A stretch of 64,000 nt of DNA, from IMG/VR virus record IMGVR_UViG_3300042332_000818, positions 55,390 to 119,389 of that record; one strand, given 5' to 3'. Under the pieces are notes generated by a model. That model saw nothing but the letters and a program-made list of their open reading frames with translations. It was not told where the DNA came from and ran no database searches. Shown here one piece after another: positions 48,049-57,130 of the stretch; within the stretch, counting starts at the first letter, position 1, and the number at the start of each line of letters is the position of its first letter. The translations under genes were made by a program, and so were the position numbers. This DNA comes from a virus.

Positions 48049-48645
48049 CTAGAACGGTAAACTTGTTCCAAGACCTCTAAGTCCAGGATTTATATTTAGA
48101 AACTTAATTTTCCTATAATGATTACGAAGTCTGATACCGCTATAGACTTTGTATTGTCTCTTAGATAATGGTTTAAGACTATCGAGATAATTCTTCATAG
48201 CACGAGTAAGACATTTCTTAACGTCTATGAGTTTACTAGCAGTTATATCGTAGTCATCATCAAAGGTGAAGACCACGCTGTATTCAATAGTACCGTATAA
48301 TACTGTTCTTTTCTTATTACCAGATTGGTATTGCCGACCTTGAGTACCGGAATACAGCCGGTTAACAGCATAATCCAGTTGAGCATCAATCTCTTCTAGT
48401 TCTGGATTAATATACTTAGTATATACTTCTCTGTTTTTATATTCTAGTATCTCTTTTTGTAGTCCAAAGTATTTTTTGCGAGAAAATTGTTTGAAGTAAA
48501 TAGTGATATGTGCTTTACCGTTATCATCTTGAGCAATGAAAACATTAGCATCAGGATACTGAATTTTGATATGATAATAAGGTTTACCGTTTTCAATTCT
48601 AAGGTCAAACGATGTACCGTGAGAGTTGATTCTAAGTGCTTGCAT
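48049..48645 (-). CDS. Hypothetical protein
   Basis: 198 aa, basic. Confidence 0.55.
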   Translation of the reverse strand: MQALRINSHGTSFDLRIENGKPYYHIKIQYPDANVFIAQDDNGKAHITIYFKQFSRKKYFGLQKEILEYKNREVYTKYINPELEEIDAQLDYAVNRLYSGTQGRQYQSGNKKRTVLYGTIEYSVVFTFDDDYDITASKLIDVKKCLTRAMKNYLDSLKPLSKRQYKVYSGIRLRNHYRKIKFLNINPGLRGLGTSLPF

Positions 48646-48729
48646 GGTGTAAAGATTTAAAAGATAAAGTTAAGGGTGGGACGGCACCCCTAACTTTGGG
48701 TCACACCATATGCTCCGTCCAGCAACAAG

Positions 48730-48975
48730 TTATAGAGCTTCCATCATGGCGGTATCTGGCATAAAGATGAAATCATTATACCAAATAGCAAGAGGATTAC
48801 CGGCAGTATCTCCAACGATACGGCAGGTATCCATCTTTACGACATGATTAAACTCAGGTTGATAAATAATAATTCTAGGACGTGTGGTGTGAACAGTAGT
48901 AGCTCCCCAAAAGTAAATGAGGATTGCGGCCAATAAGATTAGGAAAGCTCCGAAGATATCTATTTTGATTCTCAT
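48730..48975 (-). CDS. Small membrane protein
   Basis: N-terminal TM. Confidence 0.5.
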   Translation of the reverse strand: MRIKIDIFGAFLILLAAILIYFWGATTVHTTRPRIIIYQPEFNHVVKMDTCRIVGDTAGNPLAIWYNDFIFMPDTAMMEAL

Positions 48976-49051
48976 AATATAAAAGAAAAAAAGGGGAGTC
49001 TGCAACCTCCTCCTATCTATGCTCTAAACGACCGTTGCAGCGGTTGGTAAT

Positions 49052-49876
49052 CTAAAAAGTAGACAAGTGATACTTGTTCATAGCTGAACGCCACTCAGTA
49101 GCGTTAGATGGCAAGTCACGTACAGAGATGAGATTATCGGCAAAGCCTTTAATAAAATCTGTAACATCAAGAGTAGCTTTATTGTCTTTCACAAAATCTA
49201 AAAGTGCTGCACGGAAGTTAACACTTCGCAAAGCAATTTTAATTTTTGCATCTGAACCACTAGCCATATGAATATTAACAATATCAAAGATTGCTAATGC
49301 TTCAATAGCTGCATTTTCATAATTGTATTCAAACTTACCAGAACGTACCATTTTACTCTGACGAGCATTCAGGTTACCGAAATGAAGAAGATTTACAATT
49401 AAAGAGATTGAATAGTTATGATACTTTGCAATAAAAGCTTGAAGCTTTGAGTAATGATGACCAATTTCTGGCGTGTACGCACAGTTATTGATGTGATCTT
49501 CAAGTTTCCAAGCACGTGCTGAGTTATTAATCTCGGACATAAGATTGTTAATCTGTCCGATACTATTCATGTAAATAACTTTAAAGTCAAAAGGAATACC
49601 AGCATTAATACATGCATTGATACGGTGATTACCGTCAAGGATGTAATAGTTGAGATTCTTATCTCCTCTTTGGTTATAAACCTTTGTTGCTACAACCAAT
49701 GGTGTAGTTAGCATTCCGCGCTTAGTAATAAGACGTTGAAGAAGGTTAACTTGGTCACGATTAAGCGGACGCTGGTTAGGAGATACTTTAAGATATGCTG
49801 AAATAGATGGAGTATAACTTACAGTAATACTTTGTCCTTTTTCAACTAGTTGTTTGGTTTGTTCTTTAGTAAGCAT
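49052..49876 (-). CDS. ParB/Srx N-terminal domain protein
   Basis: NQRPLN..V..L, PLVV, ILDGNHRINAC. Confidence 0.75.
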   Translation of the reverse strand: MLTKEQTKQLVEKGQSITVSYTPSISAYLKVSPNQRPLNRDQVNLLQRLITKRGMLTTPLVVATKVYNQRGDKNLNYYILDGNHRINACINAGIPFDFKVIYMNSIGQINNLMSEINNSARAWKLEDHINNCAYTPEIGHHYSKLQAFIAKYHNYSISLIVNLLHFGNLNARQSKMVRSGKFEYNYENAAIEALAIFDIVNIHMASGSDAKIKIALRSVNFRAALLDFVKDNKATLDVTDFIKGFADNLISVRDLPSNATEWRSAMNKYHLSTF

Positions 49877-50197
49877 AAAAATTTAGAGTTTTAAATTAAG
49901 TGTGATTTGAGGGCGCCTATACAGAGGATTGTTGAATTCAAACTAGAGCTGTATCTCTAGACCGTCATAGTAACTGATCAGGTTACAAGATTCGGGTTTC
50001 TTGTTTGTTAGTGTAAATAGGATAACCAGGATACTGTCTAGTTCAGTAACCGGTTAAACGCATGATTTTAACGCCTGCACAATACATAGTCTGAAATGAC
50101 CATGCTTTGCCCCACATGCTTGTCAGGGAATGAAATACCCTAAAGGTGGCCAGCTATCCTAAATACCATAACACAAGTACGCTGGCCAGATACTTGG

Positions 50198-50416
50198 TTA
50201 TTTTTGTTGCCGAAGCATAAATGCTCTATCATACCAATAAGCATGAAGAGCAACAGAGAGAGTAAAAGTGAATATACCCATTACTCCTTTACTTTCTAAT
50301 GACCACTCAAAGTAATCCGGGTTAGCTCCGAAGAACAAAACAAAGAAATACAGAAAGAGGAAAGAAAGAACCATAAGGGTAAGCTGTCTTAATAGAAGAC
50401 CGACTATAGTTCTCAT
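50198..50416 (-). CDS. Small membrane protein
   Basis: 2 TM helices. Confidence 0.5.
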   Translation of the reverse strand: MRTIVGLLLRQLTLMVLSFLFLYFFVLFFGANPDYFEWSLESKGVMGIFTFTLSVALHAYWYDRAFMLRQQK

Positions 50417-50625
50417 GGCTGAAGAGACTTAACATACTTATGTATGCTTTGTAATCTCGGGGTGTCTATGTTACCAATACTCTCGGATTGATAGATTACA
50501 TAGTTAGCGGATACACCCTTTAGCATAGTAGCAATAAAGGAAGAACCATTGTGTTTAATAAGCACCCCATATCCATTAGGATAGAAGAAGGTACCACAGT
50601 TACGTGTAATGACGTTAATGTGCAT
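50413..50625 (-). CDS. Hypothetical protein
   Basis: 70 aa. Confidence 0.45.
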   Translation of the reverse strand: MHINVITRNCGTFFYPNGYGVLIKHNGSSFIATMLKGVSANYVIYQSESIGNIDTPRLQSIHKYVKSLQP

Positions 50626-50761
50626 AATTAAGAATGTTTAAGGTGTGTTTAATGGTTGTAGCTATAAGCTGCGCAGAAAATTTATAGGTACTTAATACCA
50701 AGTGGGTAAATGTGGTAATAAGTGGGTATGTTTTCCACCCACCTAAACACATTCACGCATC

Positions 50762-50860
50762 TGCAAAGAATTGTTCTATTTTTTGAAAGAAATGCAAAGA
50801 ATGATATAAATCATTGAAAGAAATGCAAAGACTCTCGGAGAGAAATTACATTTCTTTCAA
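50762..50860. repeat. Phased direct and inverted repeats (TTGAAAGAAATGCAAAGA)
   Basis: Copies at 50783-50800 and 50814-50831, partial at 50762, inverted at 50849-50860. Confidence 0.8.
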
Positions 50861-50957
50861 TAATGACCGTTTACTTGTGTGTGTTTTACTTTTAATAACT
50901 TACACGGCCTCCTTCGTCGGCCGTCTTAATTAGTTAAGAAAAATAAAAAAGTGGGCA

Positions 50958-51206
50958 TTACGCCCACTCTAGTGTTTGACACACAACACCATCTTTGGTG
51001 GTAACTACTTCCATAGTGTCAGTGTCAGGATTCCAGACCTTAAAGTCTACGAAGGTGTATCCATCAGCAATTTCAATGGTTGCACCCACAGTGTCACCAT
51101 CAGCTTGTCTGATGTAAGCTAGCTTGGAACCAAATTGGCGTCCATTGGGTGTGATAGAAACCAGTGTTGATTTCTCTGTCAGTTTGATGATTTTTGCTTG
51201 TGCCAT
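50958..51206 (-). CDS. Hypothetical early protein
   Basis: MAQAKIIK.. 82 aa. Confidence 0.55.
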   Translation of the reverse strand: MAQAKIIKLTEKSTLVSITPNGRQFGSKLAYIRQADGDTVGATIEIADGYTFVDFKVWNPDTDTMEVVTTKDGVVCQTLEWA

Positions 51207-51397
51207 GTTTTTTAAATTAAGAGATAAACTTATGGCGGGGTCCATCCCCGCCATGACTAAGTGGGGGAGCTGTTAGCTAGGGATCCATCATAATGCCACA
51301 CATATAAAAACCCATATACCGGTATGAAGTATTTTCCAATAAGCAAAAAAGTATTTTCTAGTAAGTAGGGGTTTGTGTGAAGAATTTTCCAGTAAAA

Positions 51398-51426
51398 AGA
51401 AAACCCCAGTATTTCTACCAGGGTTA
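51398..51426 (-). terminator. Intrinsic terminator
   Basis: On the - strand, AACCCTGG-tagaaata-CTGGGGTT followed by TTCTTTTT. Confidence 0.55.
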
Positions 51427-51450
51427 ACTCTTGACAGGGTCGGGGGTTAT

Positions 51451-52302
51451 TTAGAATCTATATGCAAAGATGATAGTTGTTCTAGATGCTTTGGAGTCTT
51501 GTGTTAGTCCTGGCATTGCTTCTATAGTTAGGTAAGAGCGTCCGTTGAATCGGTATTGGAGTAATGGTCCTATGTAGTATTCTGTACTGTTACCGTCATT
51601 GTTACGGTACATTGTACTAGCTCCTAGTGTTAGGTCATTGTTTACTATGTATCCGTATGAGGCAGTACCCGCATACTCTCTTTCTTGAGCTTCTCTGGTT
51701 GGTGCTAGGTTACCCTCGTAGATAGCATTGATACCCCAGATGCTGTTAGAACCAAGCTGTCCGCCAAGTAGTAGTTTGGGTTCAATACCCCAACCACCGT
51801 CTAGCATCTTCATCTCATAGTAGAGTGTTGGGTTGCCTGGTAGTTTACCCCAGTCAGCTAGAGCATAGCGGAACTCAAAAGAGAATCCTCTCCAGTCAAA
51901 GTCTTGTTCTCCATTTTTACCGTCATATACTGTGTGAGAGTATAAGTCAAGTTGGAGTCTTTTACCAAGACCGAAGGTAAACTCATCTCTCATACGGATC
52001 TGAGCTGGACCGTCTCTTCTGTCTCTGATGTCAAACCACTTCTCATACATAGCAGATCCCGGAGGATTCATTACGTACACACGGGTTGCTGCAAACATTC
52101 GCATAGTACTCCATAGGGGTTGATTGTATTCACCCACTCTGGTTTGTAGAGGATGTTTCTTTGCAGTTACAATGACTTCGTTCATTTTGAGAACGGAGTC
52201 TTTTCTTGCATTCTCAGCTCCTCTGCTTATTGCAGAATTACTGTACTGAGCATACGCTGAAGTTATACCCAGAATAAATAAAGGTAATAGAACTTTTTTC
52301 AT
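51451..52302 (-). CDS. Outer-membrane beta-barrel protein
   Basis: Signal peptide ending A-Q, TonB-box-like NEVIVTA, amphipathic strands, C-terminal AYRF beta-signal. Confidence 0.75.
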   Translation of the reverse strand: MKKVLLPLFILGITSAYAQYSNSAISRGAENARKDSVLKMNEVIVTAKKHPLQTRVGEYNQPLWSTMRMFAATRVYVMNPPGSAMYEKWFDIRDRRDGPAQIRMRDEFTFGLGKRLQLDLYSHTVYDGKNGEQDFDWRGFSFEFRYALADWGKLPGNPTLYYEMKMLDGGWGIEPKLLLGGQLGSNSIWGINAIYEGNLAPTREAQEREYAGTASYGYIVNNDLTLGASTMYRNNDGNSTEYYIGPLLQYRFNGRSYLTIEAMPGLTQDSKASRTTIIFAYRF

Positions 52303-52318
52303 GTTTTTTTTTGTTAAA

Positions 52319-52326
52319 CAAATATA
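52319..52326 (-). promoter_or_regulatory. Bacteroidota -7 promoter element (TATATTTG)
   Basis: Directly upstream of the OMP gene. Confidence 0.55.
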
Positions 52327-52327
52327 C

Positions 52328-52858
52328 TTATTCCCAGTAGATATCTTCTCCTCTTAAGTAATGCTTTAGGTTTTCTTTAGCTTCTTCTGTAGTGAAGTGA
52401 GCATCCGTGAACCGGCAATAGTTATTTGGTTGAAGAGCAAACTGACCGGAGTGTAAGTTTACTAGGTTAAGGGGTTTATGTTCTTGTTGGTACTTGGAGT
52501 ACCCATTTTTCCAATCAATGATGATTCCGGTGTGTCTACCCTTACCAGCTTTTGTCTCTACTAGTAGACCCTCCAGGTAAGTGAAGTGTACTACGTCCAT
52601 GTCTTCACCCATTACCTTCCAAGGCATGAGTGTTTCATGATCTACCGAGAAGTCTGTAGTAGTAGACATTGCATGTAAGGGTAGTCCACTCCAGTGTGCA
52701 CCACTTTCTAGAAGAACGTGTCCGAGTAAGAGTTGGTATTCCCTACCATATACACCATGCCAGAGACCAGCAGTAGTACCTTCCGGCATATTAGGTCCCA
52801 AAAACTTATTGTCTACGTTTACGTAGATGTGATATGGTAGGTTACCGTGCTTACTCAC
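52328..52858 (-). CDS. Conserved hypothetical phage protein
   Basis: HVLLESGA..LPLHA, EHK, GQFALQPNN motifs. Confidence 0.6.
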   Translation of the reverse strand: MSKHGNLPYHIYVNVDNKFLGPNMPEGTTAGLWHGVYGREYQLLLGHVLLESGAHWSGLPLHAMSTTTDFSVDHETLMPWKVMGEDMDVVHFTYLEGLLVETKAGKGRHTGIIIDWKNGYSKYQQEHKPLNLVNLHSGQFALQPNNYCRFTDAHFTTEEAKENLKHYLRGEDIYWE

Positions 52859-53058
52859 TTAACTAGCTTTTGTATTACTCTACTAAGGTAGCCTGGAATA
52901 TTAATGATAGCAAAGAGTGCTAGAACTATTAGAGCTGCTGGCCACATGAGTGCATCCATACCCTCATTATCGTGATCAGTTACATCTGTAGTCTTGTGTG
53001 CGATTATTAGGTACACTACCATCCCGAGTAGGTATCCTAAAATGATTAGACCTACCAT
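52855..53058 (-). CDS. Small membrane protein
   Basis: 2 TM helices, WP motif. Confidence 0.5.
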   Translation of the reverse strand: MVGLIILGYLLGMVVYLIIAHKTTDVTDHDNEGMDALMWPAALIVLALFAIINIPGYLSRVIQKLVK

Positions 53059-53438
53059 GATACGTGGATACCTTCATCAGAGAATGATACTAGAACGTTC
53101 TTTCTTTCTTCTGGTAGAAGCGGAATGAATACCGTGGTATCCTTTACCTCTACACTGAGATCAACGTCTTCCTGTTCCGTGATAGTTCTGCTATCCGCAT
53201 AGTACTGGAGAACTTTAGTTTTGACGATCTTGTCAGCTCTAGACATCTCTTCCTTTGCAGATAAATCATGACCCTCTTTCTGCAGCATAGTCTTGTAATT
53301 GTATACTGAGTACGGGGGGATATCTAGCTTGGTAGCAATGTGCCGGGGGTTTAATCCTAGCTTAGTAAGTCTGAGAACCTCCTGCTTGAGAAGTTCCACT
53401 CTTTCACTGTGACTGATTTTTTTAGGGATGTATGCCAT
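53052..53438 (-). CDS. HTH DNA-binding protein
   Basis: GLNPRHIATKLDIPPYSVYNY. Confidence 0.6.
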   Translation of the reverse strand: MAYIPKKISHSERVELLKQEVLRLTKLGLNPRHIATKLDIPPYSVYNYKTMLQKEGHDLSAKEEMSRADKIVKTKVLQYYADSRTITEQEDVDLSVEVKDTTVFIPLLPEERKNVLVSFSDEGIHVSW

Positions 53439-53449
53439 TTTGTTTAGTA

Positions 53450-54064
53450 TTAAGCAAGTTCAACGAAGAAATTTTCAGGGTCAGAGTCTCCAGTAACACT
53501 GAACGTGTTGCCTTGAACATCTGTGAATTGACCGTATGAGAAGTACATACGATCTTGCAGGTTACGGACATGCTCCAAGTAGAGGTCTTGTTCTTCACCC
53601 TCATACTCTAAGAAGCAGCCGTCACCGTCATTGTACCGAGGTATCAGTGTGCCCCATTTTACTATAGACCAAAGTGGTCCAGCATTTCTGTAAGGCTCCT
53701 TACTAGGAGGCATTACCAGATTTAAGAAGTGTAGAGACTCAAACTCAGAAGCATCCTCTGGTAGATCTACCTCCCAAGCATCTTTGATATCAGATACCCA
53801 GTCTGTGTACCACTCAAGATTGTCTTTAAAGTCAATCTCAATGCAAACATCTACTTGAGCTTCACCAATATCATTATCATCGTCCCAGTAGAGCTCATCT
53901 CCTTCTGTAGAAACAAACCGTCTAGTCCAATCCTCACTATTTCGTACAGAATCCATTACAGTTGTAAGAAACTGTACCCAAGAATCCTCATTAGAGTCTA
54001 GTTCTTCAAACAGATCTCTGTCTAGGATCTGAAAGCTTACGTTAAAGGTTGCAGAGATTTTCAT
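53450..54064 (-). CDS. Acidic hypothetical protein
   Basis: 204 aa, D/E-rich. Confidence 0.55.
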   Translation of the reverse strand: MKISATFNVSFQILDRDLFEELDSNEDSWVQFLTTVMDSVRNSEDWTRRFVSTEGDELYWDDDNDIGEAQVDVCIEIDFKDNLEWYTDWVSDIKDAWEVDLPEDASEFESLHFLNLVMPPSKEPYRNAGPLWSIVKWGTLIPRYNDGDGCFLEYEGEEQDLYLEHVRNLQDRMYFSYGQFTDVQGNTFSVTGDSDPENFFVELA

Positions 54065-54348
54065 ATCATATCTTCATTTAGGTTAAACGATTCACCTTTA
54101 GATCCAAATTCTTCTGGACCATAACACAGGCAGGCATCATAAAGGGTTTGCTGCTCCTGAGTCATCTCTGACTTATTCACACTTACCCAGCCACCTGGTT
54201 CTTTGTAGATATAAAGAGCACACCCATCGTCTCTGTCTTCATAACGATAGTGCAGATCAGTACCGTCAACTGAAACAACCCCCTGATGGGTGATTGATGT
54301 GTAGACAACCCTACTAGGCTCTACGACGGTTATGGTTTGGTTTGTCAT
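54061..54348 (-). CDS. Hypothetical protein
   Basis: 95 aa. Confidence 0.5.
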   Translation of the reverse strand: MTNQTITVVEPSRVVYTSITHQGVVSVDGTDLHYRYEDRDDGCALYIYKEPGGWVSVNKSEMTQEQQTLYDACLCYGPEEFGSKGESFNLNEDMI

Positions 54349-54374
54349 AATCCTTTTCTTTATTGATTACATTA

Positions 54375-54406
54375 CAAATGTACAATAAAAAATTGAATTA
54401 TGCAAA
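54375..54406 (-). promoter_or_regulatory. Bacteroidota sigma-70 promoter TTTG-N20-TACATTTG
   Basis: Both the -33 and -7 consensus elements are present with canonical spacing. Confidence 0.7.
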
Positions 54407-54544
54407 TGTTTACAATAATCTACTCTTCTTCGTAGTCCCATTCATAGTACTCACCGTAGAGGTCTGGCTCCATTTGTAAGGCAGTTTATACAGATTGATT
54501 GATTAGGTAGCAACACGGGTAGTGGTTCTTTGCAGATCACACAG

Positions 54545-54946
54545 TTATTCTGATGGTTCATCTCTTTGGAATTGGATTCTTACTTTCTCATCAATGGGTA
54601 CAGGATCACCCATCTCATCAATTCTGACAAATCGTACATTAGTGTGTAGAACAACCGTTTGTGTGCCACTATATACGTTGTGAGCCCTAGCTTCCATGTA
54701 TAAAGTGATACTGGTTGTACCTACATGCATGACGTTTCCGTAGATCTTAAGCAGCTGACCTTCTTTTGCAGGCTTCTTAAAGATGCATTTGTCAATCATT
54801 ACAGTAACCATCCGGGGATTGTTACAGACTTCCATAGCATAAGCCGCTGCAGCTGCATCTAACCAAGCCAGAAGCTTACCTCCAAAGAGATTAGCGTGAA
54901 ACCCTAGATCTGATTTCTTAATTGGGTGGGTAGTGATGAGTTGCAT
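54545..54946 (-). CDS. Acyl-CoA thioesterase (hotdog, YciA-like)
   Basis: NLFGGKLLAWLD.AA, VTVMID, FKKP, VGTTSI. Confidence 0.88.
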   Translation of the reverse strand: MQLITTHPIKKSDLGFHANLFGGKLLAWLDAAAAAYAMEVCNNPRMVTVMIDKCIFKKPAKEGQLLKIYGNVMHVGTTSITLYMEARAHNVYSGTQTVVLHTNVRFVRIDEMGDPVPIDEKVRIQFQRDEPSE

Positions 54947-56028
54947 TAGTTGCTTAGGGGTGCTTTGATTGCTGGGTGACATTGGTAGTTATCTAAAACA
55001 AAGTCTACAGGACGAAGAATATCAATGATGCTATCGTGATCATCAAGATGATCTTTAAAGAGGATCGTGGGTAGTTCATATGGTTCTCTACCAATCTGCT
55101 CTTTTGCTTGGTACAGATGGTTTAAGTAAAGATGCGTATCACCAAGGTTACCAATCAGCTCATATGGGATCATTCTTACCTCCTTAGCAAGGATTTCTAA
55201 AAGCAACCCATATGATGCGATATTAAATGGTAGACCTAAGAAGGTATCAACACTTCTTTGATTCCACATTAAACTGATTCCACGGGTTGGTACACCCACG
55301 GCATCCATCTCTTGAGAGATCCTATCATGATAGAACCCATCCATCTTTCTTTCATACCAAGCTAATCTCTGAGATTCACTTAGAGTAAACGTATAAACTT
55401 GGAACCCATAGTGACACGGGGGTAGAACCATTTGGTTTAGTTGAGCTACATTCCAAGCATTAACCATCAATCTTCTTGAGTCTGGATTTGCTTTAAGATC
55501 ACGAATTAGATCCTGAATTTGATCAATGTATCTTGTACCTCTAACAAATAGTGGTTCAGTATCATCTCCATCATTAATTGTTAGCCCTGTCACAGGTATT
55601 GCAACTTCTGTCTTCCAGTCTCTCCATTGTTTACCATAGATAGGACCTAGCTCACCCCACCTTTTAGCAAACTCATCGTCCATTTTGATACGTTCAATGT
55701 ACTCCTCCATAGTATCTGGCCAATTACCCTTGTACTCATTGGTCTTGGATAGGTAGTTTTTGAAGGCATCACCGTTCCAGATATTACATCCATTCTCTAC
55801 CAGATACTTGATATTGGTGTCACCTCTGAGAAACCACAGTAGTTCAACCACTATAGCGTTAAACGCCATCTTCTTAGTGGTGAGCAAAGGGTAACCATCA
55901 AGCATTTTGTGACGAATCTGTCTTCCAAATACTGAAAGCGTTCCCGTGGCCGTTCTGTCCTTTTTGACCATTCCGTTTGTAATGATGTCAAATAAAAGGT
56001 TCTGATAATCTTTATCTAGTTTGTTCAT
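54946..56028 (-). CDS. thyA: Thymidylate synthase
   Basis: DRTATGT, LPPCH, QRSVDTFLGLPFNIASY, HLYLNH. Confidence 0.97.
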   Translation of the reverse strand: MNKLDKDYQNLLFDIITNGMVKKDRTATGTLSVFGRQIRHKMLDGYPLLTTKKMAFNAIVVELLWFLRGDTNIKYLVENGCNIWNGDAFKNYLSKTNEYKGNWPDTMEEYIERIKMDDEFAKRWGELGPIYGKQWRDWKTEVAIPVTGLTINDGDDTEPLFVRGTRYIDQIQDLIRDLKANPDSRRLMVNAWNVAQLNQMVLPPCHYGFQVYTFTLSESQRLAWYERKMDGFYHDRISQEMDAVGVPTRGISLMWNQRSVDTFLGLPFNIASYGLLLEILAKEVRMIPYELIGNLGDTHLYLNHLYQAKEQIGREPYELPTILFKDHLDDHDSIIDILRPVDFVLDNYQCHPAIKAPLSN

Positions 56029-56390
56029 TGTGCAAATGTTTGGATTTTAGCGTCTACTTCTTTTAGTTCAGACCAAGTGCCCAAGTATGTGATGGCTCTT
56101 ACCTTACGGTTGTCAATCCATACATACTCTTGTCCGTCTTTGATTCTAGGTTTATCCATCACTAGTCCGTGGTATTTAAACCCGTTTTGTTTTAACCAGC
56201 CTTCAGTTACAGTTCTGTCTTTAGACTCTCTAGCGGTAAAGAAGGTGATAATATTGCCCTCGTCATACCACTTGTTGATGATCTCCAAAGCATTAGGTAA
56301 AGTATTGGCAGTCACATAGAGATGACTATCCTCGTTCTTGATATCATCACAGATAGTACCATCAATATCAATAAGAAAAATCTTGTTCAT
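56025..56390 (-). CDS. HAD-superfamily phosphatase
   Basis: DIDGTI, FTAR, KP, IDNR. Confidence 0.8.
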   Translation of the reverse strand: MNKIFLIDIDGTICDDIKNEDSHLYVTANTLPNALEIINKWYDEGNIITFFTARESKDRTVTEGWLKQNGFKYHGLVMDKPRIKDGQEYVWIDNRKVRAITYLGTWSELKEVDAKIQTFAQ

Positions 56391-56410
56391 GAAGAAGCGT
56401 TTTGCAGTAT

Positions 56411-56475
56411 CAAATATAAATATAAATTTGTAATGTTTAAACTTTTAATGTATATTTATAGTGTACCAACAAACC
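56411..56475. promoter_or_regulatory. Divergent promoter region (host-type TATATTTG on -, late-type GTATATTTATA on +)
   Basis: Strand switch point; motifs at 56411-56418 and ~56449-56460. Confidence 0.55.
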
Positions 56476-56483
56476 TTTAAAGT

Positions 56484-56759
56484 ATGAGTGAAGATCAGCA
56501 ACCTTACGAAACTCCTGAGTTGACTCCGGAGCAAATGCAGGAAAAACGTGCTCAGCTTGATGCTTTCTATGATGAAGTTATTCCTCATCTTGAGAAGCAG
56601 CTGAAGTATGAAGAGCTTCGTGCAGCTATTGAGATTGCACGTTTAAAGAATCTCCAAGCTCAGGTTACTATGGCCAATATGATGGCACCAGAGCCCGAAG
56701 AAGATGATGACGATGCTACTGAACAACCCATCAAAAGAACTCTAAGAAGAGAGAAGTGA
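56484..56759 (+). CDS. Conserved hypothetical protein
   Basis: 91-aa coiled coil; first gene of the packaging operon. Confidence 0.6.
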   Translation: MSEDQQPYETPELTPEQMQEKRAQLDAFYDEVIPHLEKQLKYEELRAAIEIARLKNLQAQVTMANMMAPEPEEDDDDATEQPIKRTLRREK

Positions 56760-57130
56760 TGGCTATTGTAAACCAAGTAGCAAAGAAAGTTGTACTACCA
56801 CGCTGGAACATTGTACAGTTCCAGATCATGGTGCATTGCTATTTGAATGATGTTTCAGTTAGCAGTGCTGATTTAGATTGCCTAACTCATCTTGGCGTAG
56901 ACCAAGAAGCTGAGCTCACTGAGTTCTGTAATAAGATTACAGACTTAGGGGTGTTTAAGTCTCCACAAAGTGCAAGAAACGCTTTATCAAAAGCAGAGAA
57001 GAAAGGTTTGATTATTAAGAAGGGTAAGAGTAAAAAGAAGATTTCTGTTCACCCTGACATTAATATTCAAACTGAAGGAAACATTCTGTTGGACTATAAG
57101 TTTGCTCATATTGAACCCAAGAAAGCCTAA
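56756..57130 (+). CDS. Winged-helix protein
   Basis: FKSPQSARNALSKAEKKGLI. Confidence 0.55.
   Translation: MMAIVNQVAKKVVLPRWNIVQFQIMVHCYLNDVSVSSADLDCLTHLGVDQEAELTEFCNKITDLGVFKSPQSARNALSKAEKKGLIIKKGKSKKKISVHPDINIQTEGNILLDYKFAHIEPKKA

Noticed and set aside
19388-56028. Hypermodified-base pathway
   Set aside because: ThyA keeps the canonical PFN motif and UDG is present; no glycosyltransferase, kinase or queuosine-type genes were seen in this window.
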